IMG/VR virus record: IMGVR_UViG_3300050336_000035
Location: 32,001-96,000 of that record
DNA: 64,000 bases
Strand: one strand, 5' to 3'
Source: a virus
Taxonomy: Duplodnaviria > Caudoviricetes
Part shown: in pieces, positions 21,101 through 31,383 of the stretch
Numbering within the stretch: position 1 is the first letter of the stretch
How the letters are laid out: every line of letters starts with the position of its first letter
Program-made: the position numbers and the translations under genes
Notes under the pieces: model-generated
Seen by the model: only the letters and a program-made list of their open reading frames with translations
What the model was told of the DNA's origin: nothing
Databases searched by the model: none

Positions 21101-22550
21101 AATGTCAAAATTGTAACTCAGCAGAATATCAAGATGCTTTTGATACTTGTATAGAGAATGGTCATAAGCATAGAGTTTATATATGCCCTATATGTGAAGA
21201 TATTTTTACTGAAAGGATTCTACCTAGACACAATAAATATAGGTTTAATAAAGCCAAATTAGTTGATTTTATAGGTATTACAAGTGCATCTATAACAATA
21301 TTCTTTATAACATACTATATACTTAATAATATAGGTAAATTTACAACAACTTTTTAATGATATTAAAATAATTTTTTTAAAATTTTATTGACAAATAAAT
21401 GGTATAGTGGTAATATAATAACATAAAATATAAAAAAAAATAAACCAATTCACAAAGAACTATTACATAAAAAAAGAAAGGATGTGAATTGGTGAAAGAA
21501 GACAATATAAGTAAAGCTACAGTAATTCAAAAACTGTTAGAAAGCTTAGTCCAACAAAACCCAAAGTACAAGGAGAATACAGAAGGTATACTTTACCTCA
21601 AACTTTTAAGAAATAAATTATTAGAAGGGAGAGATAAAGAGTGCCAGTAGATGATTGGAGATTAGATATGTTGGCATATACAATTAAGAAAATGCTGAAT
21701 ACATATCATGATTGGAGACATACAAATAACGGTAAAAAGCTATTAAAAGAACATAAAAAGCTTAAAATTAAGCTTAGAAATCGTTTGACAGATAGTACAT
21801 ATTATATAGAGTAAAGCCCTTTTTCATGTGTCCTCCTTTAGCAGTTTGTGGGTATCTGTAAAAACCCTCACCTCCCTAATAAGAATGGAGAAAAATAATA
21901 GGAATATGTACATAAGTAGAGATTTTACAAAACGACCTGTAACAGATTTTATAAAGAATGTGAAACCTATTTTAAATGATAATTTAATAGCTGAAGAAGT
22001 ATATAATGATATGGGGTATTGTGTGGGCTGGAATATAAAAACGTTAGTAAACAAATGAAGTATTTAGTGTTAATATTCATTAAAGGAGATATATATTATG
22101 AATAAATTTATGGTAAAAGTAACATTAAAACAAACAAACTTATCTGGTTATACATGGATTAATAATAAACCAAGTTGGGTAGATGCATATGTAGAAGTTG
22201 ACGCAGAAACATTAAACGATGCTATTGAATTAGTAAAAGAAACATATGGTGATGAAAATAAATATTGGATTAAATCATCTGAAAGTTATATGATGTTACC
22301 TCCAATTATAAAATAATAACACAAAATACTTGATTCATTTAAAAAAGAAAGGATATGAATTAACATGAAAACAGTTACAGTTATACCTGCAAAGAAAATT
22401 ACTTGGGAAAGAATTTATTCCGCTTTAGGTTTTTGGATGTATTATTCTTATGACAAAGATGGAAACAGAATTAAAACAATATATTGGTGTTGTTTGCCTT
22501 TTAAGTTTTTTAGAAAGTTTGATTTGTTTTCATACAAATGTAATCTATAA
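18172..22550 (+). other. Array of small hypothetical genes (18172, ~18521, ~18878, 19117, 19538, ~19787, 19975, ~20817, 21097, ~21906, 22098, 22365)
   Basis: ORF track, SD sites, many dyad boundaries. Confidence 0.7.
20307..20756 (+). CDS. Protein with three C-x3-GC-x6-KGYC-x2-H zinc-binding repeats
   Basis: Three repeats visible in the translation; no nuclease domain seen. Confidence 0.75.
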   Translation: MKPEKCLEDGCNSKSGMKGYCDKHYIRLTTIINNLTDSEVELKNKLIHKLNILDEMYPKKEKKPILHNIREKYSAFCCVDGCNRPHHSKGYCERHSRQIEKYGRLTPELESKTLRPLKLCSVEGCNNIHLAKGYCNKHYIEFRRYGKIL

Positions 22551-22610
22551 TATTACAGAATTCTGATTTCATAAAGATACCAAATAAATATTAATGAAAG
22601 GAGGTGTAAA

Positions 22611-23810
22611 ATGTTATATAAAACAATGATAGTTCCTGTTAATTGTAATAAATCAGATTATAATTATCTTATGCAATGTAATAAGTATTCAGGAATAGTT
22701 TGGAATACTATTGTAAAAATGGATAAAGAAAACAGAGAAAAGTATGGTAAGTCTTTAACTCGTTCAGAGTTACAACATAGTATGAAGAAAAGTGTACCAA
22801 TAATTATGGCTATAAGTATAAATTATGTAATATTGAAGTATATAACTGCTAGAGATGCTATGTTTAGGTCTATGAAAGCGAAGCATAAAAATAGTAATAC
22901 TGTTAGATTACCATATAAAGAAAAGAAATTTTATAATACAATTTGGAGTTATCAAAATTTTAAGATAAATATATCTAAAAATTATATTACACTAGGGAAA
23001 CCAATACTAGTAAATGATAATGGTAAAAATCGAAAACAAAAACCAATTAAATGTAATATAAAAAATATTCCAAACAATATAGTAGAGATTGAATTGATTT
23101 ATCGTAATGGTTTAAAATTAGCCATTAAATATAAAGAAGAAAATAATAATGTTTTAATTCAATCCAATAATGAAGCAGCTATAGACCTTGGTGAAATACA
23201 TAGTATTACTTCTATTGATAGTAATGGTAATGCAATTATAATCACTGGTAGAAAGATTAGAGCTATTAAACAATTGAGAAATAAAGAGTTAGCTAAACTA
23301 AAAAGTCGTAGAAGTAAATGTGCTAAAAGGAGTAAGCAGTATAAGAAATATAGTAAGGCAATTTATAATCTCAAATATAATACTGACAATAGGATATTAG
23401 ATTGTGTTCATAAGATTACAAAGCTATATTTAGATTATTGTTTACAAAATAATATTTCAAAAGTATACTATGGTGACTTAGACAATTGTACAAGAAGTAC
23501 AAAAGAAAATAATCAAGGCAATACAATGGTAAGACAAAAACTAAGTCAATGGTGTTACGGACTAATTATGTTACAACTACAAAATAAACTATCAAGATAT
23601 GGAATTGAATTAGTAAAAGTTAAAGAATATTATACTTCAAAGAAATGTCCTATTTGCAGTAAGTTAAATAAACCTAATGGTAGAAATTATGAATGTGAGT
23701 GTGGTTATAAAATGCATAGAGATGTCAATGGAGCTATAAATATTCTTAATGATAACAGTAATTGGTATGTAGATAGATATACTAATCTAAAGTATCTACG
23801 TATAGCGTAA
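22611..23810 (+). CDS. tnpB: TnpB, IS605/IS607-type with rearranged RuvC-II, no TnpA
   Basis: AAIDLG, YYGDL with the alternative Glu in KEYYTSK, CPIC...CEC, HRDVNGAINI. Confidence 0.9.
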   Translation: MLYKTMIVPVNCNKSDYNYLMQCNKYSGIVWNTIVKMDKENREKYGKSLTRSELQHSMKKSVPIIMAISINYVILKYITARDAMFRSMKAKHKNSNTVRLPYKEKKFYNTIWSYQNFKINISKNYITLGKPILVNDNGKNRKQKPIKCNIKNIPNNIVEIELIYRNGLKLAIKYKEENNNVLIQSNNEAAIDLGEIHSITSIDSNGNAIIITGRKIRAIKQLRNKELAKLKSRRSKCAKRSKQYKKYSKAIYNLKYNTDNRILDCVHKITKLYLDYCLQNNISKVYYGDLDNCTRSTKENNQGNTMVRQKLSQWCYGLIMLQLQNKLSRYGIELVKVKEYYTSKKCPICSKLNKPNGRNYECECGYKMHRDVNGAINILNDNSNWYVDRYTNLKYLRIA

Positions 23811-23924
23811 GCTGAAGTAGTAGATGTGAAGGTTACTCACCTAGTTAATGACTGGTAGCCTATAGATTTTATATAGGAAAGGTTAGATAAAAATATTTGA
23901 CTTGTGACCAAAATCCTATTTTAT
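23790..23924 (+). ncRNA. Probable omegaRNA of the third TnpB, running into the dyad at 23907
   Basis: Hairpins GTGA/TCAC and CCTATA/TATAGG directly after tnpB; boundaries approximate. Confidence 0.5.
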
Positions 23925-24120
23925 TCTGATTTTGAGGTACATATGATAGGTAGATTTGATGGTATTTATTGTAATACTCCATGTTTAATTGAAATTACAG
24001 AAAACGAAATAACAATTACAGGAGTTGATTTAAATGAAAGATTAAGCCATGATAACTATTTAGAGTTAGTTAACAATGGTTTTATAGAAATAATATATTA
24101 AATAGAAAGGTCGTGTACAT

Positions 24121-24411
24121 ATGTCTAATACGGTTCTACAACAAGCTAAAAATAAGTATATTAAAACTAATAATATACATAGGTTTGGATGGCTAAATAT
24201 TAATGATATTGTTATTCCTCAGATTTTTATTGATGCAGGAGTCAATGATTACAAAATACAAAAGTGTATTGATTATTATAATAAAAATGGTCATATGGAT
24301 AAACCTGTTCAAGTTTGTGGAAGAGAACATTATTGTAGAGATGGTTTTAGTAGGTGGGTAGCTTCAATTTATCTTGGATTAGATAAGGTTTGGGTTGAAT
24401 ACATATTTTGA
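24121..24411 (+). CDS. Small ParB-like domain protein
   Basis: DKPVQV...CRDGFSRWVASIYLGLDKV. Confidence 0.55.
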   Translation: MSNTVLQQAKNKYIKTNNIHRFGWLNINDIVIPQIFIDAGVNDYKIQKCIDYYNKNGHMDKPVQVCGREHYCRDGFSRWVASIYLGLDKVWVEYIF

Positions 24412-24607
24412 TTATTAATATAATACATAAAGGAGTATATTACATATGCAATTAAATGATATTGATAAGGGGTATGCTGAATTATTTGGTGCTATATGGA
24501 AACAAGCTGTTCAAGATGATTATAAAGAGAATAAAGACGTTCCATTGAAAATAATTCAAAAATGTGTACTATATGAAGCTAATAAGTGGAGAGTTAGGAG
24601 ATAATTA

Positions 24608-25219
24608 ATGGTAGAATTCATTCTAGGGACATTTATAGTAGTTTTAATTCGCAATAAGATAGTCAGTAATATAAACAGTAAGGCAGAAAAAGAATTGTAT
24701 TCTGTGTATCATTTTAAGCCTTTGTTTAAACATTGGAGTATTTATCCATCATTGATTTGTGTTATTATTTACTTATATTTAGAATATTGTGTTTTTAGAA
24801 GAAATTTTTGGTTTATTCCATATCAGCAATGGTTTAGAATAATTACTATTATGTCATATGTTCCATTAGTTTATAAATATAAGTTGCTTGAGAGTATATC
24901 CAAAAAGCATAAAAGCATCTGTTTTTCACCTTATTTAATTTCTCTTTATCTTATCCTTTTAGGTACAGGGTTAAATTTGATAGCTATGGCATATAACAAT
25001 TGGAAAATGCCTATATTTCCAACGATGACGTATTCCACAGGTTACGCGACTACTTTTATTGATAATAAGCATATTCTTGGAAACATGTATACAAAATTAA
25101 TTCCTTTGACTGATATATTTGATAGTGGATATATGTGTTTTAGCTTAGGTGATGTATTTTTTAGAATGTTTAGTTCTATTTTAATATTTTTTTCAATAAA
25201 AAAAATAAATAAATATTAA
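24608..25219 (+). CDS. DUF5317-like membrane protein
   Basis: Multiple TM segments; LN...NNWKMP...LTDIFD...SLGDV. Confidence 0.7.
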   Translation: MVEFILGTFIVVLIRNKIVSNINSKAEKELYSVYHFKPLFKHWSIYPSLICVIIYLYLEYCVFRRNFWFIPYQQWFRIITIMSYVPLVYKYKLLESISKKHKSICFSPYLISLYLILLGTGLNLIAMAYNNWKMPIFPTMTYSTGYATTFIDNKHILGNMYTKLIPLTDIFDSGYMCFSLGDVFFRMFSSILIFFSIKKINKY

Positions 25220-25303
25220 AATAATTGTTGACTTATTTATGCAATGGTATTATACTATAAATGTACCAAATAAAACCACTACATAAGGAGTGAATAAAAT
25301 AAA

Positions 25304-26092
25304 ATGCAAAATTGGATTAACGCTTTATTGAATTGTTTATTAGTATCAATTCCAGAAGAAATAGTATGGGTTACATTAACTCTTGTTTTACTAAAAAGAT
25401 TTGATTTATTAGATTGGCGAAGATGGAAACGAAATATAAAGTGGTTAAGTATTCCAATTATACCTGTAGCAATTTCTATTAATATATTAAAATATATTTT
25501 TGTTATACCTAGACTAGTAATGAGTATTAGTACATTAATTATGTTAATTTTATTGATTATTTATATAGTTAAAAAAACTGATAAGCTTAAAAATACTAAA
25601 ATATACAAAGTTATATTATTTACATTGTTTGGAAGTTGCTTAATTGCTTTTACTGAGGCAATTTATATTCCTATTATACTATTTATGACAAATTTAAAAA
25701 TATCCCAAATAAATATAGATATTTTGAACAATTTTTTATTTTCATTACCAGAAAGAATAATTCAAATTTGTTTTATTTTATACATCATTTATGGCAAAAC
25801 ATATAAGTTAAAATATAACTATGGTTTTAAAATTTTTGAAAATAAACTTAATGTTTTTAGTTTATTTTCAATTATTATAATTTTAGTAGTATTTTGGTTA
25901 ATATCATTAAATGTTTTTTCTAATCAGGGTATATTTAGAGATTTCCCTATTAATTTAAAAATTTTATTAGGTACTGCAATGAATCTTATGCCAACTCTAT
26001 TTTTTGTAATAATGGTTATTAATAATTTAACTTTTATTCAAAAAAATATTCAAATAGAACAAAAATACTCAGATATGTTGGATGAAAAATAG
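25304..26092 (+). CDS. AgrC-like multi-TM sensor domain lacking a histidine kinase
   Basis: ~7 hydrophobic segments, VSIPEE and SLPER motifs, directly upstream of agrD; no H/N/G boxes. Confidence 0.6.
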   Translation: MQNWINALLNCLLVSIPEEIVWVTLTLVLLKRFDLLDWRRWKRNIKWLSIPIIPVAISINILKYIFVIPRLVMSISTLIMLILLIIYIVKKTDKLKNTKIYKVILFTLFGSCLIAFTEAIYIPIILFMTNLKISQINIDILNNFLFSLPERIIQICFILYIIYGKTYKLKYNYGFKIFENKLNVFSLFSIIIILVVFWLISLNVFSNQGIFRDFPINLKILLGTAMNLMPTLFFVIMVINNLTFIQKNIQIEQKYSDMLDEK

Positions 26093-26110
26093 AAAGTTGG
26101 GGTGTTTTAA

Positions 26111-26230
26111 ATGAAAAAATTGAGTGTTATTGTCAGCTTAGTTACACTTATAGGTATTATATGCTCAAATATGGTGGCTTCATGGTACTTGCTTAGTCAG
26201 CCAGAAACTCCATCAATACTTTCAAAGTAA
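26111..26230 (+). CDS. agrD: AgrD-type cyclic autoinducing peptide precursor (missed by the ORF track)
   Basis: MKKLSVIVSLVTLIGIICSNMVA-SWYLL-SQPETPSILSK; QPxxP follower typical of clostridial AgrD. Confidence 0.85.
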   Translation: MKKLSVIVSLVTLIGIICSNMVASWYLLSQPETPSILSK

Positions 26231-26394
26231 TTTAGGTTACTAAAGAAAGTATTAATTATCTTTTATATCGTATAGGAAACTTATTAAAGCCCTATACGAT
26301 ATAAATATAATTATTTTAAAAAAACTATTGACAATGATTTGGTAATAATATAAAATAATTACATAAACGATATTACAAAAAGGAGTTTAAAAAA

Positions 26395-27273
26395 ATGTTA
26401 GAATTGTTTAGAAAATTTAATGTGAATGAGATTACCAATATACCAACAGAAATTGAAATAATAAATAAAAGATTATCGTATGAATTAGAAACTGTACTAC
26501 AAGATACAACAATAAATATGTTTGCTAGACGTTGCAACCTATTAAGTACGATTCAACTAGAAGATATTTTAAATTTAAAGCTTACTCAGAAACCATCAAG
26601 AGAGCTACTTAGAATTATAGCTAGTAACAGTAATGGAAATGTTACATATAGAAGGCTATATGAAATTTGCAATTATTCTGAATTTGATGAAGAAGAAGAC
26701 AAACGGTGGTTGGATTTTAAACCGAAAAGGGGTCAGATATATTATATAGATTTAGGATTTTCAATTGATAGTGAACAGAGTGGAGTAAGACCATGCTTAA
26801 TATTACAGAATGATGTTGGTAATGATCGAAGTACGACATTAGTGGTTCTCCCAATTTCGACACGATTAAAAAAATTCGGAAAAACACATGTAAGACTTAC
26901 TCGTGAAAACGGGTTAAGAGAAGAATCATATATATTAGCTGAACAAATACGTGTAGTAAGTAAACGTAGAATATATTATAGTGGTTGTGCAAATTTAATT
27001 ACAACTTTATCAGAAGAAAAAATGGAAGAAGTAAGAGTAGCTGTCGAGTTTGAATTAGGTCTTGAAGATTTATCATTTAATGAAGAAAAGGCTTATATAT
27101 TAGCTAATGCAGTAAGAACTTTAAAAAGAAATATTAAAGTAAAACAATCAAGAGATTTAATTGACATATATAAAGAAAAATATAATGAATTCATATCATA
27201 TTGTAAAAAGTTTAACAGAGACCCAGAGGTTGTTTATAGTAGCTATAAAACCTTAGATATTCAATATGCTTAA
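26395..27273 (+). CDS. MazF/PemK endoribonuclease domain with N-terminal HTH-like and C-terminal extensions
   Basis: KRGQIYYIDLG...SEQSGVRPCLILQNDVGN...LAEQIRVVSKRRI. Confidence 0.85.
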   Translation: MLELFRKFNVNEITNIPTEIEIINKRLSYELETVLQDTTINMFARRCNLLSTIQLEDILNLKLTQKPSRELLRIIASNSNGNVTYRRLYEICNYSEFDEEEDKRWLDFKPKRGQIYYIDLGFSIDSEQSGVRPCLILQNDVGNDRSTTLVVLPISTRLKKFGKTHVRLTRENGLREESYILAEQIRVVSKRRIYYSGCANLITTLSEEKMEEVRVAVEFELGLEDLSFNEEKAYILANAVRTLKRNIKVKQSRDLIDIYKEKYNEFISYCKKFNRDPEVVYSSYKTLDIQYA

Positions 27274-27294
27274 AAGAAGGAGATAGAATACAGA

Positions 27295-27948
27295 ATGCAA
27301 AATATATTTACATTTAAGTTTATAGATGCTTGGTCAATATATTGTGCAAAACGATTATATGAACCAATTAAAGATAAACCAGAAATACTTAGACAACTAA
27401 AAGTATTAATTGAAAATATAAAACATGTAACATATGATGACAATGAATTAAATGAACAAAGTTATATAGATATTTTTCAATATGCTTTTAAAGCGATTTA
27501 TGGTGCAATTATTAAGGGTGGACTGTTACTGCTGATAGCATCGTTATTGAATATATTAGTACCAACCTTGGTAGTAACAGCTTCCTTTGGTATAATTAGG
27601 GTGTTTGCAGGAGGGTTACATTTTAAAAGTTATACTCTATGCACATATGTGTCATTAATTTGTTTCCTTATTGGAGGGGTAATAGGAAGTGCCTTTAAAT
27701 ATAATTTATATATTAATATAATAGTATATATCTTTGCATTAACTAACTTTTTATTATATGCTCCAGTAGAAAATGAAAATCTCCCTATCAAACCCCACAA
27801 AAAAATAATATTTAAACGAATAGCTATAGTAAATACAACTATATTGTTACTCTTAAACACAATATTCTTATACAATATATCTATAACAGTTGGTGTTTTT
27901 ATAGCAGGATTAATTACTCTTCCTATTTTTAATAGTAAATTTAAATAA
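27295..27948 (+). CDS. agrB: AgrB peptide-processing membrane protease
   Basis: RVFAGGLHFKSYTLC (His/Cys), YAPV...P. Confidence 0.9.
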   Translation: MQNIFTFKFIDAWSIYCAKRLYEPIKDKPEILRQLKVLIENIKHVTYDDNELNEQSYIDIFQYAFKAIYGAIIKGGLLLLIASLLNILVPTLVVTASFGIIRVFAGGLHFKSYTLCTYVSLICFLIGGVIGSAFKYNLYINIIVYIFALTNFLLYAPVENENLPIKPHKKIIFKRIAIVNTTILLLLNTIFLYNISITVGVFIAGLITLPIFNSKFK

Positions 27949-28097
27949 AGTTTTGACAAAATAAATGACATATATGTTACATTTTCAACAATAATATAAA
28001 GTCTTATCTTATTTTGTCGATTTATAATATATAAGGTCGATATCTTATATTTGAAATGTCGAGAGATTAAGCGTATTATAATTTTTACATAGATATA

Positions 28098-28146
28098 TTG
28101 CAAACAGGGAAATTAACATTTATAATTGATTTAGAACATATGTTCT
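28098..28146 (+). promoter_or_regulatory. sigmaA promoter with LexA (SOS) box
   Basis: TTGCAA...TATAAT(28121), then AGAACATATGTTCT (28133-28146), matching the Firmicute GAAC-N4-GTTC box. Confidence 0.75.
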
Positions 28147-28167
28147 TTTTAAGGAGGGAAAAAGAAA

Positions 28168-28443
28168 ATGAATTATTGTATGCAAGATTGTGAAACAGGG
28201 AACTTTGTATCAAGTAATTCAATTTTAATTGACGGAGGTAAATTATATTATTCTACTTTTACAGGTAGAGACCTATGTGGAGGGTTAGAATATAATTTAA
28301 CACAAGAACAGGCAGAAAAAAAGATGAGCAATTTTATAAAAAAAATGAACAAATATGGATTACATAAAAATTTAAAAATTGTAGGTGTAGATATTACCGC
28401 TTTAAACATAGGAAATATATATACTGTTGAGTATGTAATATAA
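28168..28443 (+). CDS. Small putatively SOS-regulated protein
   Basis: 91-aa ORF with strong SD after the SOS box. Confidence 0.75.
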   Translation: MNYCMQDCETGNFVSSNSILIDGGKLYYSTFTGRDLCGGLEYNLTQEQAEKKMSNFIKKMNKYGLHKNLKIVGVDITALNIGNIYTVEYVI

Positions 28444-28559
28444 TTGAATAAATCTTAAAATAATTTGTTTATTAGCTTGACTTTTTGTACATAATATAAT
28501 ACAATTCAATTATTATATTAGATATTTACAATTATCTATTGAAAGGTGTGTATTGAAGT

Positions 28560-29900
28560 ATGTACAAAGAGAAGCAAGAACAACTGTATTCAAGGATTAA
28601 TAGTATTATAGCTAATACTGATTATCGAATATTTAAAGAAGCTGTAGGAACTGAGTTGAGAAAAAGAGGTCTAGATTCTAGCATCATAATATTAGCATCT
28701 GAAATTATCATGAAAAATGCTAAAGTTGAGCAATTAGTTAATGAAGAAGATAATGATATAAAATTATTATTTTTCTTTGCTGATGCTCTTAATAAGGCTT
28801 TAAGTGATAATGAAGGTGCTATTATTATTTTAGAAAATTATTTTTTAAAAAGTGAAATAGAAGAATTAACGGATTATACAATTAAAGAAGGTAAAGAAAG
28901 TATTTTTCCACTTACAATTTATGATGTTACTCAGTTTAATGACCACCATTGGGAAGGGAGTATAACTGCTCAATATCAAGATAAGTGCAATAGTTATAGA
29001 GTACCTTATTATAATCCTAATACACAGCGTAACCCCAAGAGAACAAAGAAGGGTGATAAAATAAATGTTGACCCTAAAAAAGTACTTGCTATTAGAGATG
29101 AATTATTAAGTGGAGAGTACGAAACAGATTCAATTATCTGGAATATTTTAAAAACTGGAGATGAAAAGTTTACTTATAATCCTAAAAATAGAACATTAAC
29201 AATATTTGAAGGAAGTATTATTAATATAGTTGATGGACAACACCGAAAAGAAGCTAATTCTGCTGCTATAGCTATTAATCCTAATTTGGATTACAAATGG
29301 CCTCTTAGTATTTTTAATGTTAGTGAGATTAAGGCACATAGTATAATGGTTCAGAAAAACAAACAGACGAAAATGCCTGAAGAATGGATTCAAACAAAAG
29401 ATTATAGTAGATATGAAAATGATGTTATTAGTAAGATGAAAGATGAAAAATCTAACCTTTTTAAAATTATGGGTGAAGATGAAAAACAAATTGCCAACAA
29501 TCAATCTTTAGTTAAAAAATCTAATATAGCATTAGCTATTAAAGAAATTTATCAAGAAGAAATATCTGATAATGATGACAGAAGACAACTAGCTAGATGG
29601 TTGTCAGAATTCTTTGATTATATGATAAAACTATATTCTTATGAATTTATTGAGGAGTCTTTAAAAGTAAAAGAAGTTAGTTTTATAAATTGGAAAAATA
29701 TGTTTTTTGGCTATATAGCGTTATCGAGAGCTTTGAGAAATAAAGATAATTGGCGTGAAGTATTTAAAGAAAAAATGTCTTCTATAGATTTTAGTAATAC
29801 AAATCCATTATGGCAAACTTTTGGAATATTAAATACAAAAGATGCCAATGCAACTTTAAGGAAACATTTGTATAATTTATTTAAGGAAGGTGTTGAATAA
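28560..29900 (+). CDS. DGQHR/DndB-like protein, SPbeta YopQ (SroE)-like
   Basis: YNPNTQR, IVDGQHRK; coupled to the integrase-fold gene. Confidence 0.7.
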   Translation: MYKEKQEQLYSRINSIIANTDYRIFKEAVGTELRKRGLDSSIIILASEIIMKNAKVEQLVNEEDNDIKLLFFFADALNKALSDNEGAIIILENYFLKSEIEELTDYTIKEGKESIFPLTIYDVTQFNDHHWEGSITAQYQDKCNSYRVPYYNPNTQRNPKRTKKGDKINVDPKKVLAIRDELLSGEYETDSIIWNILKTGDEKFTYNPKNRTLTIFEGSIINIVDGQHRKEANSAAIAINPNLDYKWPLSIFNVSEIKAHSIMVQKNKQTKMPEEWIQTKDYSRYENDVISKMKDEKSNLFKIMGEDEKQIANNQSLVKKSNIALAIKEIYQEEISDNDDRRQLARWLSEFFDYMIKLYSYEFIEESLKVKEVSFINWKNMFFGYIALSRALRNKDNWREVFKEKMSSIDFSNTNPLWQTFGILNTKDANATLRKHLYNLFKEGVE

Positions 29901-30937
29901 TGAGTTTTGAATATGTTAAATTTTCAAATATAGATGAATTAGTTTTTCAATATAACCAAGAATTGAAGAAAGAGTATTTAAGACAAAAACCATTAGAGAC
30001 AGCAAGAAGTGATTATAAAACTATGGTATCTGTTGATGAATATGAAACATTATTAAAAAAACCTGTATATGATTTTTCGCTAGTAGAACGAAATGAATTG
30101 ATGATGATGAAATTCAGAAATACTACTGTTCATGCAGTTCTTTCGACAGCTTCAAAGATTAAAGGATATATAGATTATTGTGTTAGAGCAGGTGAAGTAC
30201 CTCACAATCAAAATATTTTTGACACTTTTATTAAATCTGAAGCTATGAAATTTGTAAGTAAACATGCTACTGAATTTAGATATATAACTCCAGAACGGTT
30301 AAATGAATATATTCATATTTTAAAAAATTGGCAAGACAAATGTCTAATAAGATTAATAAATGAAGGGGTAAGGGGAAGAACGGTTAAAGGTGGAACATTA
30401 GAAGAAATTATTAATCTACAAATTAAACCTAATAGTGAAGACACAAAAAATTGTATTTTAAGATTAGTAGGTAATGATGGTTCTTTTCGAGAACTTCAAG
30501 TAACTCGTGAAGTAATGGATTTAGTTTTAATGACATATCAGTCAGAAGAATATTTACCAAATAACGGAATTGATGATAAATCTGTAGAAAAGAAAAAAGG
30601 CGCTAAAAAATATACAATTAATAGATATAAAAATTATGTATTTTGTGCTTTAGGAAATAGTAAATTTGGAACATTAAATCCAATAACAATAAATGCTAGA
30701 CTTCAAAAAATTCAGGAATATTGTGATAATCAATTTATTACTGTCTATAATTTATATATGAGTGGAATGATAACTAAAGCAATAGAAATTTACAAAGAAA
30801 AAGGTGAATTAACTTCACAAGATTATATAAATATTTGTTTTAAGTATAAATATGGTGGAGATACGCCTGAAAAATATATGTCTAAATTGAAATATGAAGT
30901 AGAAACCTATTTAAAAGGTGGTATTCAAGATGCTTGA
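29900..30937 (+). CDS. Tyrosine-recombinase-fold lysogeny repressor, YopR (MrpR/SroF)-like
   Basis: SAM-like N-terminus, EGVRG...EEIINL; HxxR replaced by YNLYMSGM, so probably inactive as a recombinase. Confidence 0.7.
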   Translation: MSFEYVKFSNIDELVFQYNQELKKEYLRQKPLETARSDYKTMVSVDEYETLLKKPVYDFSLVERNELMMMKFRNTTVHAVLSTASKIKGYIDYCVRAGEVPHNQNIFDTFIKSEAMKFVSKHATEFRYITPERLNEYIHILKNWQDKCLIRLINEGVRGRTVKGGTLEEIINLQIKPNSEDTKNCILRLVGNDGSFRELQVTREVMDLVLMTYQSEEYLPNNGIDDKSVEKKKGAKKYTINRYKNYVFCALGNSKFGTLNPITINARLQKIQEYCDNQFITVYNLYMSGMITKAIEIYKEKGELTSQDYINICFKYKYGGDTPEKYMSKLKYEVETYLKGGIQDA

Positions 30938-31379
30938 GTATTTAAATAGAAAAGAAAAGATTCTTGTTGGTCTAAAAAACGGATTGACTAACAAAGGATA
31001 TTCTTTTAAAACACTTGCAGGAATTAATGGTAAAATTGATTTATTACAAGAAATAAAAACAAATTATAACTATGAAGTTTTAAAGAATCTTATTGAAAGT
31101 ACAAATTACTCTATAATAAATCAAATCAAAGATGTAAAACATGGATTAGATAATGTTTCTATCATAAATGATAGGAAAAGTGATTTCTATTTATATGCTA
31201 TTAAAACAGATGATATTAAAGAAAAAGATAATGAAGTTTTAAGAGAATCTTTTCTAAGTGATAATACATTAATTTATATTGCTGAAAAAAGCATTGGAAA
31301 TTTTTATGTTATTTTTAGTAAAAAGAAATATGAAGGTAAACACGAATATATTGCTAATCGTTGGCAGCAAGGGAGATAA
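30930..31379 (+). CDS. Hypothetical protein
   Basis: ORF overlapping the repressor stop; likely ATG at 30930. Confidence 0.7.
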   Translation: MLEYLNRKEKILVGLKNGLTNKGYSFKTLAGINGKIDLLQEIKTNYNYEVLKNLIESTNYSIINQIKDVKHGLDNVSIINDRKSDFYLYAIKTDDIKEKDNEVLRESFLSDNTLIYIAEKSIGNFYVIFSKKKYEGKHEYIANRWQQGR

Positions 31380-31383
31380 TACT

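Noticed and set aside
29900-30937. Active integrase acting on the dyad sites
   Set aside because: The HxxR catalytic box is missing, and the context matches YopR/MrpR repressors; binding to the dyads cannot be excluded
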